DNA of 63,011 nucleotides, the filler included, from Thraustochytrium aureum (Eukaryota), in the NCBI GenBank assembly GCA_012862495.1. It is 4 parts of 2 records of this genome, joined end to end, with 100 filler letters (N's around TTAATTAATTAA, not from the genome) between each part and the next. Parts side by side here need not be neighbours in the genome. Positions count along the whole stretch, not along the records: positions 1 to 26,575 come from BLSG01000086.1; 3 more parts are not named here. The stretch is one strand, 5' to 3'. Below, one piece after another: positions 1 to 9,706 of this stretch. The stretch's first letter is position 1. Each line of letters begins with the position of its first letter. The notes below the pieces were generated by a model. It saw only the letters and a list, made by a program, of their open reading frames with translations. It did no database searches and was not told where the DNA came from. The translations under genes and the position numbers were made by a program.

Positions 1-495
1 CGACAGCTTTCGCCAAGCGAAATTGCTCGAATTGATAGATCTAAACTAAGGGTTACCCTCGCTCTTTCTGAATCTCCGCAAGATGCGCATGAGGTGCGCG
101 TCCTGCCGAGGCGCCTCGTCTTGTTGCGAAACGCCGTGAAAGGAGCCACCAACGGCGACTAGTCGATGGCGCGGAGTCTTCCTCGGCCTGCGCTGCACGG
201 AGTCCAAGTGTCCGATTCCATGCGTCCAAGTCCGAGTCCAGCACGAAGTTGGACACCGTCCGGCAGAGAAGGAAGAGGCCTCAGAGTCCTTAGCCTAGTA
301 CCAACCTTGGGGCTGCGTGCGTGGGGCGTGCGTGCCGCATCGGCCTGCCAGTGGTCGCGCCGCACCACATCGTTCCTGACTGCTGCGCTCCGAGCGTGTC
401 GGTCCGCCTCCATTTTCCCCGTATGCGGGAATGCGTGAACGGGGAAGGCCCTGACGGAGAATCTCCGCTCGCCCTGAACAGCTGTCACAGACTCG

Positions 496-519
496 GAGAG
501 AGAGAGAGAGAGAGAGAGA
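496..519. repeat. (GA)n microsatellite
   Basis: About 11-12 GA units. Confidence 0.9.
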
Positions 520-3254
520 CAGTTCAGACGCCGTCCGAGTCGTTGGCCTCCCTCCCTCGCTTCCCTCCTTCCTTCCTCGCTTCCGTTCCGACGAGTCCTT
601 GCTTGCTTCCGGTTTTGAAGTTGTTTTGGTTTGTTCTGGTTTGGTTTGGTTTCTCGCTTCCGTCCAGTTTCGTTGCCTCTGGCGCTGGCATCATTTCATG
701 TTGCTTTCGTTGTTTTTTGTTGCCTGTTTTCTTTTTGTTTGTTGGTTGCGCGAGCTCCGAACGGCGGCACGCGCAGGAGCAGACCTCGAACGAAACAATC
801 GAGGACGCGCAGCCAGGCAGCCAAGCAACCAGCAGCCAGGCAGCAGCGCCAGGCAGCAGCGCCAGGCAGCAGCGACAGGCCGTTGCACGAGCTGCACGCC
901 GCTCCGTGCCGGGCTTCCTGAAGGAGGGCCGCGCGCGCCAGCTGCTGCGCGGTGGGGTGGGTGGGTGGGTGAGTGAGTGGTGGGCGTAACGTCAGCGCGG
1001 TGACGTCGGTACTCCGTGCTGTCGCTCTGCAAGTCCTACTCTTGGGTGGTGCGTGTGGAGGTGGCGGACTCGACCGTCGATGCGCGAAGAGCCTGCCAGG
1101 GGTGGACTGTAGAAGGGCGCGGCTTGGCGCAGCGCGTCTGGTGCGGACCGGTTGGCGCCGCGAGGCGTGGGTGCGATGATTCTCGCGCGTAGCATAAGTG
1201 TGGCGCGGCGACGCACCGCCGCAGAGTTATCAAGGCGGGCGCTGCGGCACAGCAGGGCAGCGGTGCCCGCAACGGCGGAGCAAAAGGCGCGTATTGNNNN
1301 NNNNNNNNNNNNNNNNNNNNNNNNNNNNNNNNNNNNNNNNNNNNNNNNNNNNNNNNNNNNNNNNNNNNNNNNNNNNNNNNNNNNNNNNNNNNNNNNNNNN
1401 NNNNNNNNNNNNNNNNNNNNNNNNNNNNNNNNNNNNNNNNNNNNNNNNNNNNNNNNNNNNNNNNNNNNNNNNNNNNNNNNNNNNNNNNNNNNNNNNNNNN
1501 NNNNNNNNNNNNNNNNNNNNNNNNNNNNNNNNNNNNNNNNNNNNNNNNNNNNNNNNNNNNNNNNNNNNNNNNNNNNNNNNNNNNNNNNNNNNNNNNNNNN
1601 NNNNNNNNNNNNNNNNNNNNNNNNNNNNNNNNNNNNNNNNNNNNNNNNNNNNNNNNNNNNNNNNNNNNNNNNNNNNNNNNNNNNNNNNNNNNNNNNNNNN
1701 NNNNNNNNNNNNNNNNNNNNNNNNNNNNNNNNNNNNNNNNNNNNNNNNNNNNNNNNNNNNNNNNNNNNNNNNNNNNNNNNNNNNNNNNNNNNNNNNNNNN
1801 NNNNNNNNNNNNNNNNNNNNNNNNNNNNNNNNNNNNNNNNNNNNNNNNNNNNNNNNNNNNNNNNNNNNNNNNNNNNNNNNNNNNNNNNNNNNNNNNNNNN
1901 NNNNNNNNNNNNNNNNNNNNNNNNNNNNNNNNNNNNNNNNNNNNNNNNNNNNNNNNNNNNNNNNNNNNNNNNNNNNNNNNNNNNNNNNNNNNNNNNNNNN
2001 NNNNNNNNNNNNNNNNNNNNNNNNNNNNNNNNNNNNNNNNNNNNNNNNNNNNNNNNNNNNNNNNNNNNNNACCCGTTCTTCACCTGCACCAGTTCCACCG
2101 CTGCCGAACGGAGCTCGTAATTCCTTGACGGGCGCGCTCTGCTGGTGGTGGCTAGCGTTCTACTTTAAAGAGCGAGAAGCTTCGGTTCAGTTCAACTCAG
2201 GGAAGGTTTTGGATCACCGTCCTGTTGCCCCTCCCCGCGCCTTGTCCTAGCCGTGCTGACGCCGTGACCTCCATTGATCAGTGTTTTTTTTTTAATACGC
2301 TTTTTGTGTTTCGCTGGTGCAAGCCTTCCTGGAAATTTGGCCGCTACGGCCCACGGATGCGATCAACTAGTGCCGACGCGGACGCGAAAAGCTGCTAGCG
2401 CTTTTCTCGTCCAAACAGCCCAGCACGTAATCAATCCACTGCCAGCTCTTTGGCTTGTCCTGGCGCGCGAGAGAGCGCCATGCTGCGTGTGCCTGCGTGG
2501 CCGACGGGAACGCAATGGATCCGGGAACGCCGCACTTGGTCGTGCCGGCCGGCGACTCGCTGCTGCTGGAGCCGCTCTGGCCCCAGGGGCTGGTAGCAAC
2601 CGCGGCGCCCTGTCGTTTGCGGCGTTTCACGTGAAGTGCACCGGGCCTGTAGTAAAGTTGGGAGAATCGTGCGGCTCGCCGCCCGTGCGCGGGGTGTTGT
2701 AGAGCAGCTAGCTCCTGCTGGCCGACGCAACGTGGCGGCCGGCTGGCGCACGTGGTTGAATCGCTGCAAAACACGTTCGCCTTCCCGCCTCGCTGCGTTC
2801 CGGTCTAGAGGTCTGCAGAAACCGTCGACCTGCCTCGGTCCTTGAAGAACCCCTTGCGCAGTGCGAGCGCCCCGCTGACATCGTGATTCGCTTACTTGCC
2901 AACTGCCGCCCACCACCGCTAGCTCGGCTCGGGTCTCATGCGGGTCTGCTCGGGTCGCATCCGGCTCTGCTCGGGGCGCTCTGCTCAGCTATTGTTGTGG
3001 GAGCCCGTCGGGGGGCATTTAGTCAATTTGTGGTGGGGCACTTGGCGCGTCTCCGCAAGAAGAGAAGAGATCAAAGCTCGCAGCGCAGCGCTGCCCGCAG
3101 GTCCCTTCGCCCACCTGGACCCGCGAGCGCAGGGGGCCTGCGGATACGCGAGCGCGCCAAAACGCGGCTTCCACTGCCTTCGCCGCCCTAGTCAACCGAG
3201 CGGACGCGGGCGCCCCGGAGGCAAGTCAGCCGGCAGCTCCTGAAGCGCGCGAGA

Positions 3255-3660
3255 ATGAGCGACCCCGTCGCGGCCCGCGAGCTGGAGTCCCAGGCGCGAG
3301 AGCTGGAGAGGCGCAAACAAGAGCTGCAGGTAAGTGGATCTGCGGCCGACCCTGGAGACGCGCAGCAGCTTGTCGCGCGCCGGAACGCCGCGAACCCCGG
3401 CTTTAGCAGCTAACCTTCGCGTCCCTCCGCCGACGTCCGCGCAGCTGGAACGCGAGTCGCTAGCAAACGCTTTAGACGAGCAGCACGAATCGTACACGCG
3501 CGTCTCCGAACGCCTGGCTCAGGCCAGAAACGAGATCCGCGCGAGGGAACTCCAGCTCGCGCAAACCAGGGCGGAAATCAGCGCGCGCCAGGACAAGGCG
3601 CGCCAACTGTTCAGCGCGCACGAGGACCCGTCGCAGAAATCCGACGCGGACCCGAACTTG
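3255..3660 (+). CDS. Spliced 5' part of a coiled-coil protein (exon 1 3255-3329, exon 2 from 3445 into the N-gap); may be the N-terminus of the downstream polycystin-like gene
   Basis: ATG at 3255 and 25 codons (MSDPVAARELESQARELERRKQELQ), then GTAAGT donor at 3330, GCTAAC branch site at 3409-3414 and CAG acceptor ending 3444. The phase-0 join continues in frame as LERESLANALDEQHESYTRVSERLAQARNEIRARELQL (heptad pattern). Confidence 0.6.
3330..3444 (+). other. Spliceosomal GT-AG intron (115 nt)
   Basis: GTAAGT...GCTAAC...GCAG; removing it removes the in-frame TAA-containing donor region and joins two coiled-coil exons. Confidence 0.8.
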
Positions 3661-4414
3661 NNNNNNNNNNNNNNNNNNNNNNNNNNNNNNNNNNNNNNNN
3701 NNNNNNNNNNNNNNNNNNNNNNNNNNNNNNNNNNNNNNNNNNNNNNNNNNNNNNNNNNNNNNNNNNNNNNNNNNNNNNNNNNNNNNNNNNNNNNNNNNNN
3801 NNNNNNNNNNNNNNNNNNNNNNNNNNNNNNNNNNNNNNNNNNNNNNNNNNNNNNNNNNNNNNNNNNNNNNNNNNNNNNNNNNNNNNNNNNNNNNNNNNNN
3901 NNNNNNNNNNNNNNNNNNNNNNNNNNNNNNNNNNNNNNNNNNNNNNNNNNNNNNNNNNNNNNNNNNNNNNNNNNNNNNNNNNNNNNNNNNNNNNNNNNNN
4001 NNNNNNNNNNNNNNNNNNNNNNNNNNNNNNNNNNNNNNNNNNNNNNNNNNNNNNNNNNNNNNNNNNNNNNNNNNNNNNNNNNNNNNNNNNNNNNNNNNNN
4101 NNNNNNNNNNNNNNNNNNNNNNNNNNNNNNNNNNNNNNNNNNNNNNNNNNNNNNNNNNNNNNNNNNNNNNNNNNNNNNNNNNNNNNNNNNNNNNNNNNNN
4201 NNNNNNNNNNNNNNNNNNNNNNNNNNNNNNNNNNNNNNNNNNNNNNNNNNNNNNNNNNNNNNNNNNNNNNNNNNNNNNNNNNNNNNNNNNNNNNNNNNNN
4301 NNNNNNNNNNNNNNNNNNNNNNNNNNNNNNNNNNNNNNNNNNNNNNNNNNNNNNNNNNNNNNNNNNNNNNNNNNNNNNNNNNNNNNNNNNNNNNNNNNNN
4401 NNNNNNNNNNNNCC

Positions 4415-5326
4415 AAGGTTCGGATCGAGCTTGGCCCGTCTGGAGCGCCGTACACCAACGTGTATTACGATCGGGCAGCGCTGTCCCTCTATGCCGACTT
4501 TGGCTCGGCCGAAAGCGACGCCTTCCTCACCTTGTCGCCGCTCCTTGTTGTCGCGGACGTCGTCGGGTTTCTCTTTGTTTGCCACCTGCTGTACCTCCTT
4601 ATCCTCGACGTCCTCGTGTTTGGCTTGCTGCGAACCATGACGACCATCTGGAACCTGGTGGCGACCGTGCTCGTCCTGGCCTGTTTTGCCGCGATTGCCG
4701 TCAAGATATCGTACGGCTTCCTAGTCAAGAACGTCACCGCGGCGGATGCCGCGGCCGCAGGCGGCTTGTCGTACGGTCAGCTGGAGCAAGTGTTTCGCGT
4801 CTACGAGGCTGCTCTGTGGCTCGATGTGCTGTCTGCGGCGCTGGGGATCATTCTGGTATTCAAGCTGACCCAGACCAACCGCAGAATCAGCGCGATTTTT
4901 GAGACCATGCACAGGTCGACGTTCGTGGCCGCGGCGCTCGTGTTTTTGCTGCTCCTGCTCTGCTTCGCCTCCATATTCGGCGCGTTCCTGGTGTACGGAA
5001 CCAAGTTATTCGGATGGCGCACGTTCCAAGCAAGCTTGCTCGAGGTCCTTCAGATCATGCTCGGCGACTTTGCCTTTGTCTCGTTTCGCCGCGCAGACCA
5101 GGTCTTCACCGTTTTCTTTTTCGCGTTCTTTGCCATATTCTTCGCCTTCATCTCGCTCGCTTTCATCACAGCGATCTACATCGACGCGTTTTTCGAGGTC
5201 AGCGCCGTGGGCTTGCCAGACGCTGCGCCGCGGCGATTTTGGTCGCGGATGCTGATGAGCCCCTTCGCGCCATGCATGCACCGCTGGGAGCAGCGCAGAT
5301 CGGTGCGTGCAACGCAACATCAGTAA
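4415..5326 (+). CDS. Polycystin-2 (PKD2/TRPP)-like cation channel, C-terminal part (5' end in gap)
   Basis: End of the TOP domain (KVRIELGPSGAPYTNVYYDRAALSLY), several TM helices, an S4-S5 linker (FKLTQTNRRISAIFETMHRS), a pore helix/filter (FGWRTFQASLLEVLQIMLGDF) and S6 (FFFAFFAIFFAFISLAFITAIYIDAF), all matching the TRPP pattern. Confidence 0.8.
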   Translation, partial: KVRIELGPSGAPYTNVYYDRAALSLYADFGSAESDAFLTLSPLLVVADVVGFLFVCHLLYLLILDVLVFGLLRTMTTIWNLVATVLVLACFAAIAVKISYGFLVKNVTAADAAAAGGLSYGQLEQVFRVYEAALWLDVLSAALGIILVFKLTQTNRRISAIFETMHRSTFVAAALVFLLLLLCFASIFGAFLVYGTKLFGWRTFQASLLEVLQIMLGDFAFVSFRRADQVFTVFFFAFFAIFFAFISLAFITAIYIDAFFEVSAVGLPDAAPRRFWSRMLMSPFAPCMHRWEQRRSVRATQHQ

Positions 5327-5732
5327 AACGATCCATGTAAAAAACACCCTGCACCTGCACCTGCACCTGCATGCTTGCTCTTCGATCGCTCGCTCCGCGT
5401 CGCGCGGCGACAGGCAGCACGGCATCGCGCAGCCGGCGATCGAGTCAGACTTGATTGATTCTCAATCAACCACTCCACCACCAACCTGGGCGCCGACTTG
5501 TGGGAAGGGATCTTTCGAGTGGCCTTCCAAGCTGAGGAGTGGACGAGAAGGAGACGGAAGCAGCGAGGGCAGTGCCAGACGGGCCGCGAGCAGCCAAGCG
5601 CGCGCGCCAGCGGAAGAGGAGGCCTTGCAGAAGGAGGGCGCAGGGAGCTGCAGGCGCAGTAGGCCACCGACGAGGGCGGAGGGAAAGGGCAGGGCAGGGC
5701 AGGGCAGGGCGCCAGCCAGCAGGCACGGCGAA

Positions 5733-7574
5733 ATGAAGCAGTCTCGCAAGAAGGACAACCGGTCGTACGCCGAGAAGAAGAAGTCGTTCTGGGCCTCGCT
5801 GCTGACGGAGCGCCTGCGCGACATCCGCGAGGGACTGGTGAACACCGGAATAGAGGCGCAGACCCGCAATGAGGAGGGCCTGACCAGCATCANNNNNNNN
5901 NNNNNNNNNNNNNNNNNNNNNNNNNNNNNNNNNNNNNNNNNNNNNNNNNNNNNNNNNNNNNNNNNNNNNNNNNNNNNNNNNNNNNNNNNNNNNNNNNNNN
6001 NNNNNNNNNNNNNNNNNNNNNNNNNNNNNNNNNNNNNNNNNNNNNNNNNNNNNNNNNNNNNNNNNNNNNNNNNNNNNNNNNNNNNNNNNNNNNNNNNNNN
6101 NNNNNNNNNNNNNNNNNNNNNNNNNNNNNNNNNNNNNNNNNNNNNNNNNNNNNNNNNNNNNNNNNNNNNNNNNNNNNNNNNNNNNNNNNNNNNNNNNNNN
6201 NNNNNNNNNNNNNNNNNNNNNNNNNNNNNNNNNNNNNNNNNNNNNNNNNNNNNNNNNNNNNNNNNNNCTAATGATGGGGGCCGCTGCAGGCCGCGCCAGC
6301 ATCGTAGAGTCGCTCTTGATGAAGGACGCAAACCACGAGTTCAAGGACTCTGAAGGCCTCACCGCGCGCGACCACGCCGAGAGGAAAAAGAAGGCCGACG
6401 TGGTAAAGGTCATCGACGACTGGCTGCATGAGAGCGACGACGAGGGAGAGGAAGACGCGGACGGAAACATCGTCAACGACGGTCTCACCTCGACGCAGCG
6501 GAGCAAGCTCAAGAAGCAAAAGATGCAGGCTCTCGAACGCCGCGGCAACCAGAGCAAGAAGGGCAAGGGCGGCGCGGACGAGCAAGACGACTCGGACGAC
6601 GAGATCCCTGATGACGGCAAGCCCGGCCCCAAGCCAGTTTGGGATGAGGTGGCCAAGATCGTAGAGTCGGTTGACAACCTCCGCCCTGTCCACGAGATCG
6701 CATCTCGCGCGACGAGCCTGACACGCGCTTCCCCGACGGCGTCGACCCGGCGCTATGGTACCTTCGCAACATCAACCGGCTCGAGCTCCGCCTCGCGCCC
6801 GGGGCGCTCACTAGCCTCCAGGGGCCAGAGCTGGCTCGCCTTCGCAACTTGTACACGCTGATTTTGAACGACAACGCGCTCGCCGTCCTGCCGGAAAGTA
6901 TCGGCAAGCTCAAGCAGCTCAAGGTGCTCGAGGTGGCTCGGAACCAGCTGTCGAGTCTGCCCCAGGCGCTGGCCAAGTGCGCCGCGCTCGAGGTCGTCGA
7001 CCTCTCGTTCAACAAGCTGACAGACCTTGCCGCCCTGAAAGGGCTCGCCAAGCTCAAGAGCATCAACGTGAGCGAGAACCAGCTCACAGAGCTCGACCTC
7101 GACTTTGAGAACCTGCCCAACCTGCACGACATCATGGCGACCGGCAACAAAATAGCGGAGCTGTCCGCCGACTTTGGCAGCCTGACGGGCTTGACCAGCT
7201 TGGTCGCGGAGAACAACGAGATCACCGAGCTCCCCGTGGAGTTCTGCGAGCTCAAGAAGGTCAAGGTTCTCAAGCTCGAGGGCAACCCGATCAAGGACCA
7301 AAAGGTTGTCAAGATGCTGCGCAATGACGCGCGCAAAGACCTCTGGAAGTACCTCCAGAAGGTCGGCGGTGGCAGCGCGAAGAAGGGCAAGAAGGCGGCC
7401 AAAAAGAAGGGCAAGAAGGGCGGTAGCGACGATGAAGATGATGACGGCGTGGGCTCGGCCGCGGCCGCGTCGCCGCCCAAGCCGCCCAAGGGCAGAGCTG
7501 CGCAGGACGACGAGGACGAGGACGAAGCGTTTTTCTCCGACGACTCGTTCGACATCACCATGGACGAGCTCTAG
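5733..7574 (+). CDS. Ankyrin-repeat + leucine-rich-repeat protein (gap 5893-6267; one frameshift near 6700)
   Basis: ANK-type segments (RNEEGLTSI; MGAAAGRASIVESLLMKDANHEFKDSEGLTARDHA). After a 1-nt frame repair near 6700 there are about 7 LRRs (LYTLILNDNALAVLPESIGKLKQLKVLEVARNQLSSLP...LKLEGNPIKD), then a Lys-rich and acidic tail ending at TAG 7574. Confidence 0.8.
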
Positions 7575-7863
7575 TTCTGCTAGCGAAAGTGCTTTGGCGA
7601 ACAAGCAAGCGTCAGGCCGCCTTGGGCGATCGAGCAAAAACACTGATACATTTTTTTCTTCGTGGGCTTGCGGTCAGCATGGCTCTCTCTCTCTCTGTCT
7701 GTCTGTCTTTCTGTCGGTGCCCACCGAACGGGGCGAGCTGCCAGATGCGGCTCTGACCCGTCGCTGTTGGTCCTCCCCAGCGCCTCTGGTTCTCGCTCCA
7801 GCAAGCGGGAGGGCGGAGGCCATTTTGTGCATCTGGCCGGTCCCGCGGGGTGCAAGGGCGGGT

Positions 7864-8555
7864 CTACTCTTGCCCAGCTGTCGCGTCGCGCGCATGGCGC
7901 TCCACGCCGCCTAACGCGGTTTCTGCCGGGACGCCAAGGAAACGGTCACGGCTCTGCCTGGAGAAGCGTATGGCAGAGCTGAAGACGTGTTCGTTGCCGT
8001 TTCCATCAAGCTCGTCGAACGTGGAAAAGGCCCCAAGAGTCACGGCGCACGTGACGGCGACCGTGAAGGCCTGATACGGCCGGCGCCAGCGCCCGCTCTT
8101 GAGCAAGTACTTGAGNNNNNNNNNNNNNNNNNNNNNNNNNNNNNNNNNNNNNNNNNNNNNNNNNNNNNNNNNNNNNNNNNNNNNNNNNNNNNNNNNNNNN
8201 NNNNNNNNNNNNNNNNNNNNNNNNNNNNNNNNNNNNNNNNNNNNNNNNNNNNNNNNNNNNNNNNNNNNNNNNNNNNNNNNNNNNNNNNNNNNNNNNNNNN
8301 NNNNNNNNNNNNNNNNNNNNNNNNNNNNNNNNNNNNNNNNNNNNNNNNNNNNNNNNNNNNNNNNNNNNNNNNNNNNNNNNNNNNNNNNNNNNNNNNNNNN
8401 NNNNNNNNNNNNNNNNNNNNNNNNNNNNNNNNNNNNNNNNNNNNNNNNNNNNNNNNNNNNNNNNNNNNNNNNNNNNNNNNNNNNNNNNNNNNNNNNNNNN
8501 NNNNNNNNNNNNNNNNNNNNAGCTCCTTCACGATGGGCGGCTTCCCAAACGACAT
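7864..8555 (-). CDS. Small hypothetical membrane protein (interrupted by N-gap)
   Basis: ATG at 8555 (MSFGKPPIVKEL), gap, then LKYLLKSGRWRRPYQAFTVAVTCAVTLGAFSTFDELDGNGNEHVFSSAIRF...stop 7864. GC3-rich codons and one hydrophobic stretch. Confidence 0.4.
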
Positions 8556-9706
8556 CGCCCCGACCCCTCGACACTAGCTGCTCTGCGCGCTCCGGAGTGC
8601 TTGCTGCCTGCTCGATGCGAGACCTCCGAGGTTTTTCATTTCATGGCCATTCGTTCGTTCGATCGAGGAGGACGCCGAGTCAGCCCCGCGTCGTCCTGGC
8701 GCAGGTCTTGTCGTTGGGTTCTACAGCGCGGGCGCCCGACTGCATGCACGTACTCGCTGGTGGCCGGCCGGTCGGCTGCCCGGCAGCGGCGAGCTGGATG
8801 GATGCGGGTCGCTTCTGCAAGTCCATTCATCATGTAGAGCACGCAGCCTGAGAACAATGCCGGCGCTGAGCGGGACAGTCGACATCGCACTGGCGACGCG
8901 GGTCTCGGGGCCGCGGAGCTGCTGCACTTGCTCGCGCCGCTGCCGACGAAGCCGATGCAGGCGGCGCCCCAACGCAGCCGCCCCTTCTTGATCTTGACCG
9001 AAACACACCGAACTGCTGGCGAGCCTGGCGCGCGACACGAGCAGCGCGCCGAGTTTCCCCGCGTCGAAGAAGAATGACGGCCCGTCGCAGCTAGCCACTC
9101 GGCCTGCCTGCCAGTCAGCCTGCCTGCCTGCCCGCCTGCCTGCCGATCATTGCGCGCGGGAATCGCTCGAGGAGTTCTCGCTACTCGAGTCAGACCAGTA
9201 CTCCAGGTAGAGCACTCGTACTTGAATGCTCTTGCACCGCAGCAGAGAGAAGGAAAGAAGGGTTCGTCGGCGGAGCAGGCGGTGGAGGCCGCAGTGCCCC
9301 ATTGCGGACGGCGAGTTGGGCCGGCGAGAGCGCGCAGCGAGCAGGAAAGGGCGAACGGCGGGGCGAGAGAGAGCGTAGGATCTACGCGGCGAGGGCTGGC
9401 TGGCTTTCGCGAACGTAGGTTGCGCGGGTTTGGTTTTGGCAGATTCGGTGGTGGAGATAGTTATCTCTCTCTCTGCGGCAGTCTACCCAACTCGCAGGAC
9501 GTGCAAGCAGCGAGGTTCGTCGAGGGCACGGCACAGCTCGCACGGCCGCAGCGCCGGGATAAATTCTCGGGCGAGGGCTGTCACGGTGAACCGCGCGGGA
9601 GCGCAGCGCTGCCTGACGCAGGGCGGCCAGGAGAGGCCGCCCTGGCGAACTCGCCGTGCTGTCTTCCATCGAGCGAGCAGCGCGCGAGTTGCTCGAGCAG
9701 CACGCG

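Noticed and set aside
989..1006. ACGTCA-N6-TGACGT inverted CRE-like motif
   Set aside because: Short, single occurrence and no identifiable adjacent gene start because a gap follows; cannot be supported.
1..3250. Many ORFs in the first 3 kb (e.g. 321-989, 2367-2774)
   Set aside because: Arg/Ala/Pro-rich translations from GC-rich, microsatellite-containing DNA with no recognisable motif; likely UTR or intergenic.
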